Source of the DNA: Rhizophagus irregularis
Taxonomy: Eukaryota
Assembly (NCBI RefSeq): GCF_026210795.1
Contig: NC_089433.1
Coordinates: forward strand, 682,001-746,000
DNA: 64,000 nucleotides
Direction of reading: 5' to 3'
The translations under genes were made by a program, and so were the position numbers. Within the stretch, counting starts at the first letter, position 1; every line of letters starts with the position of its first letter. Positions 22,561 through 35,149 of this stretch are shown piece by piece. The notes beneath the pieces are model-generated. The model saw nothing but the letters and a program-made list of their open reading frames with translations. It was not told the DNA's origin and ran no database searches.

Positions 22561-24833
22561 TATATCTGAAAAAATAAACTGAATATTTATCATTCCAGAA
22601 AAAAAAATCTAATAATTATGTAAACTCTGTGACTTGACTAATCCAATTCGCTCACAATTCTAGCTTATTGCTGGTAGCTGGATATGTGAGACATACATTC
22701 ATTTTGATATTTCTCTGGAAGCTTGACCCTTATAGCTCTTTTTTCAGCCTCTTCATGGGATATACTATCTTTGACCATATTTTTATAAGCTCGAATGCAC
22801 CAATGATTATATGGTAAAGTGGTAATCCCATCAGATAAGATTCAGCACTTAGTATCTATGGGGCAAGGGCCTTCTTCTCAGATTCGACCAGAGATAATAT
22901 GTGATCCTTTGATCAGATGCCTACATCCTTGGCATAAAATACTTTCTTATCAAAGAGACAGTCCCAATATACTAATGACATAGGATCTGCCTCAGATTGC
23001 ATAGCCAAGTCCCTAGTCTCTCGTTCCGATAATAATGACTTATCTATCGAATTATCTAGCAAGGAGCCTTCTAGGGTTGGCATATATGAATCTGTAGCCA
23101 TCTCGCTCATACTCTTTTTGCTAACCCCTTATGCTTAGACTTCGTGGTCTTATCTATCAAGACATAGTAGTAAGATTTAGCTCGAATATGATAGGATTCT
23201 GTGATTACATTACCAGGAGTTTCATCCTTAAATTTTCTAACTGTTTGATCTCCATTAAGATTAAAGAGATCTGGTCGTTCAGCCATATCTTTATAGATAT
23301 CTTCTGTTTCAGTTTCGAAGATGTAGAAGTCTGTATCCATATATCTAAGCTTGGCCTTGTCCCCATATTTTTCCTTTATATATCTATATCAGAATTCATA
23401 CATGTGAAGCTTGCTAAGACCCAATACAGATGTTCCAACTTCCAACTATGATAGACTTGTTAAGGGTTACGCTGGCCTTTTCCATATGTGCTCCTATAAA
23501 TGTATTTCCAAGTTGCCTAGCATATTTGAATGAGGGCTTGCAGACCTTTTTCAAAAAAGCTTTTTTATCTCGCTCATTATTTTTCTTCATAATCTTGACA
23601 TCCTGGTACTTGCGAACATTCTCCATAGTCTTGCTATATACTGATATATTCATAAGTTTGAAAAAGTCACTCAGGAATGTATTTCCAGCTTTTTTAGCCT
23701 TATTACGTTTTTCAGTATTAAAAGTTATATATGGTTCAAGCCAGTTAGTCTGGTTGAAGGAGAGTATCTCTGAAACTTCATTCACAACCATACCTAATTT
23801 TACATAATATTGGAGCTATTGGTAATGGATGACATAGTTCTTTTGTGGTCCAAGATGGAGGACTAATTTTTCTGTGGCAGAGAAGCATCCACTATCTAAT
23901 TGTTCTACAAGTTTAGCATTATATGGACATAACTAATCTTTTTCTACAGCGACATTCTTCACGGCTGGAGGTAAGTCTTTTAAATATTCATGAGTCTTTA
24001 GAGAGAAATGAGTATTAATATTTAAGAAATACCCTCGTTTAGCATCAAATCGTGTATTAAGAATCTTTTCAAGATATTTCTTCTGCATAGCTGGATTTTT
24101 TAGTAAATATTTCCGACTAGCTTCCCATTGATAATTTCCGATAGGCAAATATTGGCCCATAGAATGTCCATAAAGATTTGTTACATCTACATATGAGATC
24201 CAGGATGTGGGTTTGGATGGGTCATAGGCTTATCCCATCTTGGGATTATTAGCCTTAAAATATCGTTGATAGGCCATAGATATACCATCACATTTAGCTT
24301 TTTCGGTAAAATCATGCATGGCCATATCTGTGAAAAGCTCTATCCTAACTCCTGTCATCTTAAACATTCCATCCCAGGATAGTGATGAGGCAGAAACATA
24401 GTAACTGGGATTAAGTTCATAATATTCTATAGACATTTTTCAAAACTCTGTCCAGACATCTGTTAGACTAAGTACGTCAATTTTAAGATAGAGATCATGG
24501 TACTCACCTAGATTCTTACAACCAAAAGTTTTCCATGCTTTCTGGGCATGGTGGTAGTCTTCTTGCGAGATCTTTCCTTTTAGGGTTGTAGTAAATTCAT
24601 GAATTGGTGGGAGCTTAGTCTTCAAGAATCTATCCTGAGGATCGATATAATCATAACAATATATTCCCTTGCGATATCTTAATGCTAATTGCTCCTCTGT
24701 ATAACCTAATTTTTTGAAATATTGGCTTATTATCAGATGGTTATCACCCAAATTTTTCGTAAGACTGGCCAAGCTACTATTCATGAATTACTGGCTATCA
24801 ATATACTTGAGCTGGCCTACCTTCATAGACTTA

Positions 24834-25522
24834 CACTCCCGCGCAATAAGTTTAGGACCACCTTATTTTTGTTTATATAAATAATGTTTTATTCTTATTT
24901 ATATAAGTTTTTTTTTAAAAAAAATTCTTTACATTGTAATTTCTTGAATAAATATAAAAAATTATCATATTGATCTTTATAAATCATATAATACAAGGTT
25001 TTTTTCTCAATGACAAATTTTTAACTTTTCAACCAGAGTGATTACAACAAAAATAAGTACAAAATTTAAATAGTTAGGTAAACATAAGATTATATTTCAA
25101 ATTTCGTAAAGATCGAATCAGTAGTTATTGAGAAATTAACAATTAAGAATCGACAATTTATATATTTGACCTAATAAATAAATGATTTTCATATATAAAT
25201 TGTCGATCTTTAATTATTAATTTCTCGATAACTACTGACTCAATTTTCATGAAATTTGGAATATAATTTTATTGTTAGCTAAACTATTAGAATTTTGTAT
25301 TCATTTTACTGTAACTGCTTTAGTTAAAGAGTTAAAATTTTACTATTAAAAAAAAACTTTATTTTACATGATTTATAAATGCAAATATGGTAATTTTTTA
25401 TGTTTATTCAAAAAATTATAACACAAATTTTTTTTTTAAAAAAAATAAATTATATAAATAAGAATAAAACTTTATTAATATAAACAAAAATAAGGTGGTC
25501 CTAAACTTATTGCGCGGGAGTG
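24834..25522. mobile_element. Tc1-like non-autonomous fold-back element
   Basis: Perfect outer TIR CACTCCCGCGCAATAAGTTTAGGACCACCTTATTTTTGTTTATAT, with arms continuing imperfectly inward and a TA TSD. Removal restores KRYKSMKVGQLKYIDS. Confidence 0.95.
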
Positions 25523-27414
25523 TATACCGCTTAAATGTTTTAGCTATAACCCTGATATGTTTTGCATTAGCTGAGCGTCCAACAGATTCACAGACCAAGT
25601 GAGAGTCATAGCCCCAGAAGTTATGGAAGATAACTGGGATTGGGGTCTTCCAATCCTGTATCTGGAATTTGAGATTGCAATCCCTATGAGCTGATTCACG
25701 AAACTTGCCTGTGATATGGCAGTGATCCCAAACCTTATTAGCCTTAGCTTTTTTGCTGGAAATTGCCTTGGTTGTTTTATCAATAGTTGATTGGATACCA
25801 TTATATTCCGCTGATTTTTTATCAAATTTTTCTAGCTTTTCTTTAAGATAAGTTATTTTGGATTCTAAGCGCTTGATTTCATCTATATCTATATCGAATT
25901 TACCTTTGCAAATCCAACAGCTAATAGGCATCGGCAAATTTTTTCTTGTCTTTCTCAATTACTTTTCACTCATATTTAACAGTTAAGACTTCATTAATGT
26001 GAACTAGCTCTTGATCAATCCTTTAGACGAATTCTTATGTGGCATTTTCTCCCCAATATAAGAACGGACTCCATACATCTCCAGTATCAATCCAGTGGAC
26101 TAAGTAGCAGAAACTATTAGTCTTCTGTTCAGTAAGTTTTCGCATGCTTCCACCATATTTTCATCACATTTCTTATTATTAGCCTTGAAGTCCACTATAA
26201 TAACACAAGAAGCATTGATCATCTGGCCATAGTTCTTGAAGTCCTCAAAATCATTTACCCCTTTCACGAGCATTGTAACTCTCTGTAGGGCATTTTCATG
26301 TATTCCTGGACACTATTCTATATGTTGGTCTAAAGATTATTCAGAAGGAAAACTTTGGAAGTATCCATCACATAGATGTTTCTTTTCTTTATGCGCACTA
26401 TCCCTATATATTAATCTACTGGGATTCTTGATCCAGAGAAAGTGGTTCTTTTGTCTGTATTTATCTTTATCTTCAGATTTGATAATATCTGTAAGAGCTA
26501 ATAACCGAATTTTATACTTTCTTTTAAAGTTTTTACTAGCTATCACGAGTTTTGGAGTAGCTGTTTTTTCATTCCACCCCAAACATTGATGGAGATATTT
26601 GGATTCATCTCCTCTATTTTATTAAATATGCGTGAGCAGATTGGAGTAGACATTGGGGTACTATCTAGCTTGACTACATCTAAGTATGGCTTGAGTTTCT
26701 TTGCTCAGAATATTTGTTTAAGATGTTTTGTATCAGGCCGATCTTAATGAGTAAAATACAATCCCAATGCATCTTGAAGATATTTTTCTGAGGGTTTTTT
26801 TGTTTCTAGATCAATAAGATCTTTATTATCTGGATTGATAGTGGACTTTATATTGGCGAGCCTTTTGGAAGTAGAGATGAATGAACCTCCTGTACCATGA
26901 CATAAAGTATATGTCTCAATACTTATAGAATTAATACGTTTAAGAATAAAACCTGATTTATGTATCAAATAGTCTGAAATCTTTTTATCAATATGACTAA
27001 TAGATATGGCTAAATGTTCATCAATATCCTTTTCAGAAAGAAGTACGTCTATTTTTCCTCTATGATATCTATCAAGATATTTAGCTTCATAAATTGCTTT
27101 ATCTGCAGAATTACCTTTTCCATTATATTTGTATTTTACATATATAGCATTTATGACCAATACTGTTTTTATTTGATTTTTTCTGCAAAGCTCTTCTTGT
27201 AAAACACCTGTAATTGTCTTATTTGATACTCCTATAAGTTGAGGTATATAAGGGACATCTGCGTATTTTGTTTGTTTGGCCTGCTGTTTATTGAATGCAT
27301 ATTTGGGATTATTGCTAGATGGTACTTTTCTCACCCATTTAGTCATTGAAGAGCGATTTCTATGTGGTCTTTCTAGATCTTTCCCAACTGGACATTCTTC
27401 AAAGTGTATATCCT

Positions 27415-28828
27415 CCCTATGAAAAAAGTCTGTGTGATTTTTGTTGAAAAATCATTCAATTAAATTCACTACAATTTCTGTATATTTGACCATACAATAA
27501 TTGTGCTAAAAATTGCAATAAATCACACAATTATTGCATGGTAATTCATTCAATAATTATCCTATTTTTGACCTGAATTTATACAATTATTGTGTGATTT
27601 TTGAGCCAAATTTTAGGCCATATTTTAGGAATTATAGGTTAAATTTTACAGTAATAACAGGCAATTTATAAAGTAAAATTATGAATTTTTATTGACTTAA
27701 AATATAAAAAATATACACAATATTTCATAAATAAAATACTAAATTTGATATAATCATAAATATAAAAATTTGTAAGAAAATAAAATAAAATAAAGTATGT
27801 TAGCTTAGTAACATGAAAGTAAATTAGTAGTATCAAAGAAGAAAGTAAATTATTAGTGTAAGTAAATTATTAGTATTAAATAAAAAAGTATGAAGTTAGT
27901 GAAGAAAGCAAATTAGTAATGTTAAAAAGTAAATTATTAGTGTTAGTAATAAAAAAGTATGAAGTTAGTGAAGAAAGCAAATTAGTAATGTTAAAAAGTA
28001 AATTATTAGTGTTAGTAATAAAAAAAAAGTATGAAGTTAGTGAAGAAAGCAAGTTAGTAACATTAAAATGTAAAAAGTTAGGAAAATAAAAAGATAAAGA
28101 ACACAAGTTTTCTTACCTGACATTTTAAAAGAAAGCTGAAGAAAAGTTAAAAGGTTAAAAAACATAAACAAAAACATTTCGCGTCATCATATTTATTTTG
28201 ACGATCAGATCACGTGATCAACATATATAATTTTAAGAGTTGATTTTTACCGCTTAATTCTGGCCAAATTATAATTCCAGTCAGAACTAATTGTGTAACT
28301 TAATAAAAAGTTTTGACTTTTTTTAGTTACAAGGTGATATAAAAATTTCACCAATGGGTCCGGAAGATGCCCGTTTATAAGCAAATATGCAGTTGAATTT
28401 TGTGTAACCTTACTGCATAAATCACTTTACTTAGAAAAATCTATTTGTAATGGTTAAAAGTGGTCTATTTGACCCTAAAAGTGGTCAAATGTAACCATAC
28501 AGGTAAGATGGAAAGTAGTATAGTAGGATTACCCAAAAATTGCTTTCCGTATCCTAAATTTAAGTCTATTTTCAAGTTGTACAATAATCACAATTTTTAT
28601 TGTACAAAAATTGAATGTTTTCTGTATCCTAAATTTAAGTTGTATAAAGATCACACAAAAATTGAACATTTTCTATATCCTAAATTTAAGTTGTACAAAA
28701 ATTGCATACTTTTAATATGCTTTGAAAAACTTCATAGCTATTTTTATCCAAAAATCTGCAATAATTGTACAATTTCCACACAGACTTGAACAAATATTGT
28801 ACAAAAATTCGATGATTTTTTTTCATAG
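27415..28828. mobile_element. CMC/EnSpm-like non-autonomous element
   Basis: CCCTATGAAAAAA...TTTTTTCATAG (right end lacks the terminal GG), 3-bp TSD CCT and internal tandem repeats. Removal restores the polB frame IKVKDIHFEE...SSMTKW. Confidence 0.82.
27840..28065. repeat. ~60-bp tandem repeat, about 3 copies
   Basis: AAAAAAGTATGAAGTTAGTGAAGAAAGCAAATTAGTAATGTTAAAAAGTAAATTATTAGTGTTAGTAAT repeated. Confidence 0.85.
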
Positions 28829-29160
28829 CCTTCACTTTGATAAAAGCCTAAGGAGCTGACTACCTCTTTCTTATACCCTCTTCTTCAAGGAAATTTTTAC
28901 TGTTTGGAATGGTCCAGCTTTTGGATCACCCTCTTGTTTTTCGTCCTGCATTATGGGCTGTAATTCAAAAGCTTCATCATTTGCCTGTATTAGATCATTA
29001 TGTAGAAATTGACAATCTTTTAAGGTTAGTAGTAAATTGCGTTCTTCACCAGTTACCTCTACTCATTTTTGGCATAATCTTGCACCCCATGTTCTCAAAT
29101 GTTCCCAGACTTTCTTGCATGTCTATCGATTCATTTACCCCCTTGATCTTTAATGGAAGC

Positions 29161-29616
29161 TAAGGATGGCCCCGAAATTGATTTGGAAAAAATCTGAAAT
29201 CCAAAATTCCGAATCTGAAATCCGAAATTTTTCCAAAATTAATTCATAATTTCGGCCGAATTCATAATTCCGGCCGAAATTAATTTATAATTTCAGACGA
29301 ATTCGTAATTCTAGCCGAAAATCGTAATTCCGGTCAAAACGGATACGTTGATCATTTCTATATTTGGCGATAGCCGTTCTACAAAAATCGATTTTAGTAG
29401 GAACGATATGGAATATTGTGTAACATTGATTTCCATTTTAGGAAATTTCATAATTCCTGCCGGAATTAAGTGCATAATTCCGGCCAAATTTATATATTTA
29501 ATTTCAGCATTTCGGCTGGAATTTCGGATTTCGGAATTTCAGATTTGGCTGGAATTACGGCTACGGTTTTGGAATTTCGGCAAATCCAAAATATTTCGGT
29601 TTTGGGGCCATCTTTA
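29161..29616. mobile_element. hAT (Ac-like) MITE
   Basis: TIR TAAGGATGGCCCC / GGGGCCATCTTTA, perfect 8-bp TSD ATGGAAGC and CCGAAAT-type subterminal repeats. Confidence 0.92.
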
Positions 29617-30159
29617 ATGGAAGCTAGCCTCGTGCTCGGGGAGCTTGGACACAGCTTTGGTTGTTCCATTCGACGATCCCTTCCTTGTACGAACTAATGG
29701 AGTCTGAGCTGGCGATCGTCTCAGTACGTTTTAGAAGTTGGAGATTTGGATGAACAGATTTCGGATACCTTAGGGATGCGTACTTTCTTCTTTCGGTTAA
29801 TATTCTTCAGTGGCTAAACTACATTGGTTTTTATTACTTTGATAATGCTGGCGAAGTTTAGCTGGTTTGGTGAATTTATAATCATGCAATAGCATGTAGT
29901 ATCTTTTTTATCTGATCTAGGCATGCTATCAATAAGTTTCACCTGTTATATATTGTGTAAACTTTTTCACAATTTAAAATATTTAATTCTATAACCCCTC
30001 TTTTGTTTAATTACTTTTTTCTATTTTTGAATTTATGGCTTCTTCAATCATAGATTTTGGAACAACTTTTCTACTGAAGGTTTATGACTGAAGGAGGGAT
30101 CCGGCATGTGAATATGCTTCAGGATAAGGCCCAGATGTTCAATCTGAATACTTCTGAGA

Positions 30160-30656
30160 TGAGACTTAGAGGTGAGACTTGGAGGTAAGACTTAAATATG
30201 CCCGTCCTAGAGGTGAGAGTTAGAGGTGAGACTTATTTTTTTTGCCTAAAGGTTAGACTTAAAGGTGAGACTTAGAGGTGAGACTTAGAGGTGAACATAA
30301 CTTGTGTACATGCTCCACTTCGCTCTGCAGACTGCAAACATTATTTGGAAATATCCTGGATTTCGAGAGGTTAGACTTAGAGGTTAGATTTTGCTAGGTG
30401 AAATTTTTTTTTACATTTGAGGTAAGACTTAGAGGTGAGACTTAATGGTGAGACTTAATGGTGAGACTTAAATATATCTGCCCCCTAGAGGTGGGACTTA
30501 GAGGTGATACTTAAATATCAAAAAAAATAATGGTATGCTAGAATTGAGAAATCGAATAATTCTAAATCAAGTTTGGGAGCGCTATTCGAATTCCGATAAG
30601 TCCATCTCTTTGAGGTGAGACTTATTGGAAATTTGTTTACAGTAATGAATCACTCT
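30160..30656. repeat. 13-bp tandem repeats; candidate Maverick terminal region
   Basis: Many copies of (TTA)GAGGTGAGAC just upstream of polB. A possible end ...CACTCT at 30656 reads AGAGTG on the minus strand. Confidence 0.6.
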
Positions 30657-31959
30657 TAGAATTAATTCTAGGATAACATGAAAATATTGTATGCAAATTG
30701 AGCTTGCAAACTCGACCACTGAGCACGCTCAGACACTTCAGTGATCGGTGCTCGATGGTCTCATTTAGGGGCAAGTAATATGGCATACTTTTTTCGTTAT
30801 ATTATTTATTATTTGGAATTAAAAAGAGGCCTGCTCTTTAACAAAAATGGTGAACATCTTGATCTTGGAAACTTAAAATTTGGGTAAGAAGATATGTTAA
30901 CAGGAATTAAGTCCAGTTCGATTTTAAGCTTAAATTCAATATTAGTTTTTGATATGTTTGCTAGTCTTGTAGGTTAATTTGGAGTTCAATAAATATTTCA
31001 AAAATTTTGTATATCGAGAAAGTGGCCAGACGTCGAAAGGCCACACACTTTTGTATATCTATTCAGAAATTTTGTCCCAGAACCTCCAAATATGCCTATA
31101 TTCATGATTCATCAGTATATAAAATCTAAAAAAAATTATATATATATATATATATATAAGAAAATATTTTTGTGTAAACTTATATATAAATTTAAGTACA
31201 ACTATATTAATTGAAAAATTTTGTGCATCAATAATGCATATTAAATTTTAAAATTGTGCATACAAAAAAAAATATATATATATTATATACTGTACAATAT
31301 GAATTTTATACATTAACTTGAAATACATACTAACTTTAAAATTATCTGTAAAAATATTTCATATTTAATCTTATTTTATATAAGTATTTTTAGAAATGAT
31401 ATATGCAGATGATTCAAAAAAGTATCTAAGATTATATTAATAAACATTTATTTGCAAGATCAGTCTTTGATTTTACCAAAGTAATTGATGATCCTTTGCA
31501 ATTAGATTATAATTGGAATATTCTTTTGAAATTGGATGAGTAGAATATTTTATGAATGTAAGCTTTTTTTCCATTTCTTATACCTGCATCTTCAAATTCT
31601 CAATCTCACATTATCTTTCAGTTATTAATGTCTTGCATAAATCAGCCAAAGGTATTTCTATTATATTTAGGCTATTGTTAATGCAGAATGAAACCAGTTA
31701 TTTCACTGAAAATTATCTTACTGATGAATATTTCATCAATAAGGTTATTTTACTAAGGCAAGTAATGTTTATTATATATTGAATTACAACCTTTAGTGGT
31801 TGTAATATTATAAACATAAGCTGTAAATTGGCTGTAAATACTACACTATTGTGGTTAGCTAAAAGATGGTAATTCTGATTTACAAACATTATATTTACTT
31901 GACTTTGGGACTTACAACTATTTATGGAAACTAATACTACATCTCACAGAGTTTGAGGC

Positions 31960-32020
31960 TAGGTAGGGAAATTAGAATTATTAGGGTTAGAATTAGAGTT
32001 AGGATAAGTGGATTAGGATT
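31960..32020 (+). repeat. Degenerate TTAGGG-like tract
   Basis: TTAGAATTATTAGGGTTAGAATTAGAGTTAGGA... Confidence 0.5.
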
Positions 32021-32479
32021 CAAAACTCCTTTCAATCCGATCACTTTTTTCTTAGTGAAACAGGATTGCGTCTCATATTAAGTAATTGATCAAAAGCTCT
32101 TTTGACTAGCATCTTATCTATAATGGGCCGATCAAGAGAAAAAAAAATCACGCGCGCCTTCTTTTTTGGAACGAAACTCCGATTCAAGAAAAATAATTTT
32201 ATTTAAATACAATGTAGCGTGGATCACGCGAAATAAACACAAAGGTTCGGGAACTTGCCCGTGATACATGATGTCACTAATTTGCTACGTTTATATCCCA
32301 ATATCCTAATAGCCTATCTATTCTCCCAAGATTAATTTAAACTGACTAATTTCTTTTATTTAAAAAATTATTTTGTAATTTATTTTAGTTGGTAAGTTAT
32401 ATATAAGTTATCTATTTAATTCTATTATTACTTATTTATATAATATTTACATATAATTACTCAATGACCTTATTTCCCA

Positions 32480-33940
32480 CCATTTTGTGAAGCTTCAACC
32501 GGCTTCTGTGCCTCTTCCATACAATGCTTTGGTTTGCATATTATCATCTTTGTATTCGACGGCTACTGGTTCCGATTAGCTTAAACGATGGTTTTCTCTC
32601 CTCGTTTAGTGTACATTCCATAAAGTACATCTTTTACAATCCTCTATACTTTATCCGGAATCGTTTATTTCTTTTGCTTTGCGCTTTCGGCACGTTAAGG
32701 ATGGTCCATCGGTACTGTAACTTGCGTGAAGCCTTCCCTTTTTGACCTCAACTAATCCAGAAATTCTCCACTAGAACAACACTCTATCGCAAAATCGAGA
32801 TTCTCTTGTCCGTTATGTCCCACGATAAGTCTCTTCGTTATGATTTTGAAACCTTTTCATATAAGGATACACCACTGGCTAAGTAACAGTAATTTCGTTG
32901 CCTCGTACGCCATGTCAATGGGAGTAATCTTTATACGAAGTTTATTTCGGCCGTTAGGTGCCTCTAACAATAGCTTGATACTTTTCACCTTTTAGGTCCA
33001 CATATGACATATCCACATGAAAAACGGGATAGACATCAATACTAGGATTCGGGTCCTACGACTCCTCGCTAAATTCGTAGAATTGATACCTTGTCGGAAA
33101 GGTACATTCGTTAAATGGTTTCGATGGAGTCTCAATAATTACAGTGAACTTAAGGCTATTTTTTGTTACTAGCGCTCGCAACATCTCTCGGAATGCTATA
33201 TCCTATCTGGGCGAGTATCTGTCTTCATCATTCAAATACTGCGGCCGGATTTTCAAATGCATATGTATGTTGCACGTATGGAATCTTTGAGGCCTTCGAG
33301 AGTCGCGTTTTCGATATTCACTGCCCACTTAAATGCCTTGTCGAACGCTGCGGTTAGAAAAGTGCCCACGAAGAATTCTCCTATTATTATTCTAATTTAG
33401 AAGGAAGAATTCTCCTCTTATTATTTAATTTAGATGGAAGAAGGGTTTGTCCTAAATTCCGTAATTGTCTTAAGGATGAATTCATCATAAGGAAGAACCT
33501 GTCCTAAATTTCGCAATAAACCGTGCGGTAATGCGGTATCTTCGTCACTTTCTTCATTGATTTCTCGCTATTTTGTACGTATCATACGTACTATAGACAG
33601 ACTTGTTAAGCAATGCTTGCATCGAAGCAAGTTGCTCCCTTAATTCTAGTACCTCTTGACTCGAAGTGCAAACGAGTTATGGCGGAGAGACTATGATATG
33701 AATGCTCTTTCTCGGACCAGTAAGTACTCTTCTATTTCTCTTGTTGCAAGGAGTTCGGTTGAGAGATTGCCTAAAGGATCGTCTTGTTCGTAACTAATTT
33801 CCACTTAGTTTGTCTACAGGAAAAGTGTCGAACTCTGGTACTTTTTCGCCTTAATAGCGTCCTTGGGCTCACTAATAGGCTCATTCCTACTAAACAGAGA
33901 AAGCGTTCGCGGTTGACGAGACAGAGTAAAGTGAGACATT
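32480..33940 (-). pseudogene. Heavily decayed Crinkler-associated REase-family gene
   Basis: Fragments in mixed frames: 'FKWAVNIENATLEGLKDSIRA', 'LKFTVIIETPSKPFNE', 'PNPSIDVYPVF', 'GHNGQENLDFAIEC', 'MECTLNEERKPSFKL', 'EEAQKP'. Confidence 0.65.
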
Positions 33941-35149
33941 TCGGGTTATGTACTAATTTTCGCGAAATGTTACATTATCTGTTATTGTGTGATAAAAATT
34001 TTATAAATACTGAGGTAGGGTATATATAAGAAATTATTCTGTCGTACAGACACTGTACAGACTGTCGAGATCCATTTATTTTGTAACACAATCGGTGAAA
34101 TAAACTCTTCCAGGGCGAAGAAGTGTGCAAAAAATAAATCTGATAAATAATTATACATAGGTTATATGTAAACAGAGTTAAAATAAATAATGTTAATTTA
34201 GTCGAAAGATATTAAGTTTTCGTCTTCTCTCTTTTCATCTTTTTTCTACGTACAATCCCGCTTGATAACTAGTATCCTTTGTCATTATATTTGACACTTC
34301 CTGTGTCTCTTGTATCTTGTGGCTGTGCCTGATACGTCGAATTCTGCTAGATACATTCTCAAACCACATCTCATAGCGACGAACCATCTTTGTAATAGCT
34401 AGGTATATTACCTTTGGAAATAACTTCCAGCTTCATATAGTCTTCGAAGCTCATATCACAATATGCATTTCCGGTGCACTTGTACGCCATAAAGTATGCA
34501 TGCTAATGTTCGCTTCCTAATTTGGAATAGGTGAGCTGATTGCGAGAATAGCATATACCTATGTTTCTACGAGTTAAACATACAAAATGCATTGTTTTTC
34601 TGGCAATAAGATATCTATCAAATTGTCCTCATACATCAATTTCTCTCAAATTCGCTCCTTCCTAATCAGACGGAGCCTCATTTCATGAATTTCTGGAAAT
34701 TGGCAGTTATCTTTCTACACAAAATCATTACAACTGAACTATTTGACACGTGATTTACATCAATAAGCCATGAGATTTATAGCGTGTTTATAGCAAATTA
34801 TAGCGATTCTTTATCAAGTTATACTATAGAATATCATGATTAAAATTTATACGGATTTGTGAGTTTGGGCGAGGTGAATAGTTCGCTTTGCTAAGCCACT
34901 CATTAAAATCACGTGCACTTTCTGTTTCGGAACGCTGATCTCTTGCCAACAAGACGCTGGCGAAGAGTAAGAAATGTGAATAGTTCAAGGTATCAAATCA
35001 TAAGGTCAAATTTCAGAACCGAATAAAGTTGTTTAGAAATTTAATCCCCATATAGCATACAGCATACACAAAAAATCAAATCAAATACTTTAATATATAT
35101 CTTTATAATTTTATAAAACTGCTAAACAATAATATAAGTTTTATTTTAA

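Larger units (their letters stand above)
22700..29924 (-). pseudogene. polB: Protein-primed family B DNA polymerase (Maverick/Polinton type)
   Basis: Ordered motifs: N-terminal C2H2-like finger, 'WDHCHITGKFRESAHRDCNL', 'PVIFHNFWGYDSH', 'YIDS..FMNSSLASL', 'KGIYCYDY', 'YHDLYLKIDV', 'YVDVTNLYG', 'KLMNISVYSKT', 'YMDTD', 'KFKDE', 'KHKG'. It has many stops/frameshifts and three nested TEs. Confidence 0.93.
1..30656. mobile_element. Decayed Maverick/Polinton-like element (left end outside window; may be composite)
   Basis: Polinton-type rve integrase (16-1053), protein-primed PolB (~22700-29924), densely packed small ORFs and a tandem-repeat candidate terminus at 30160-30656. No left TIR or TSD is visible, so the unity of the whole span is inferred. 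Confidence 0.6.

Noticed and set aside
23131..23807. Plus-strand ORFs 23131-23451 and 23430-23807
   Set aside because: They are antisense shadows of polB.
27876..29697. ORFs 27876-28106, 28460-28789, 29348-29617 and 29470-29697
   Set aside because: They arise from tandem or subterminal repeats inside non-autonomous TEs.
30700..32075. Possible MULE-like element between hairpin-rich ends
   Set aside because: I could not find a matching inverted terminal pair or TSD.
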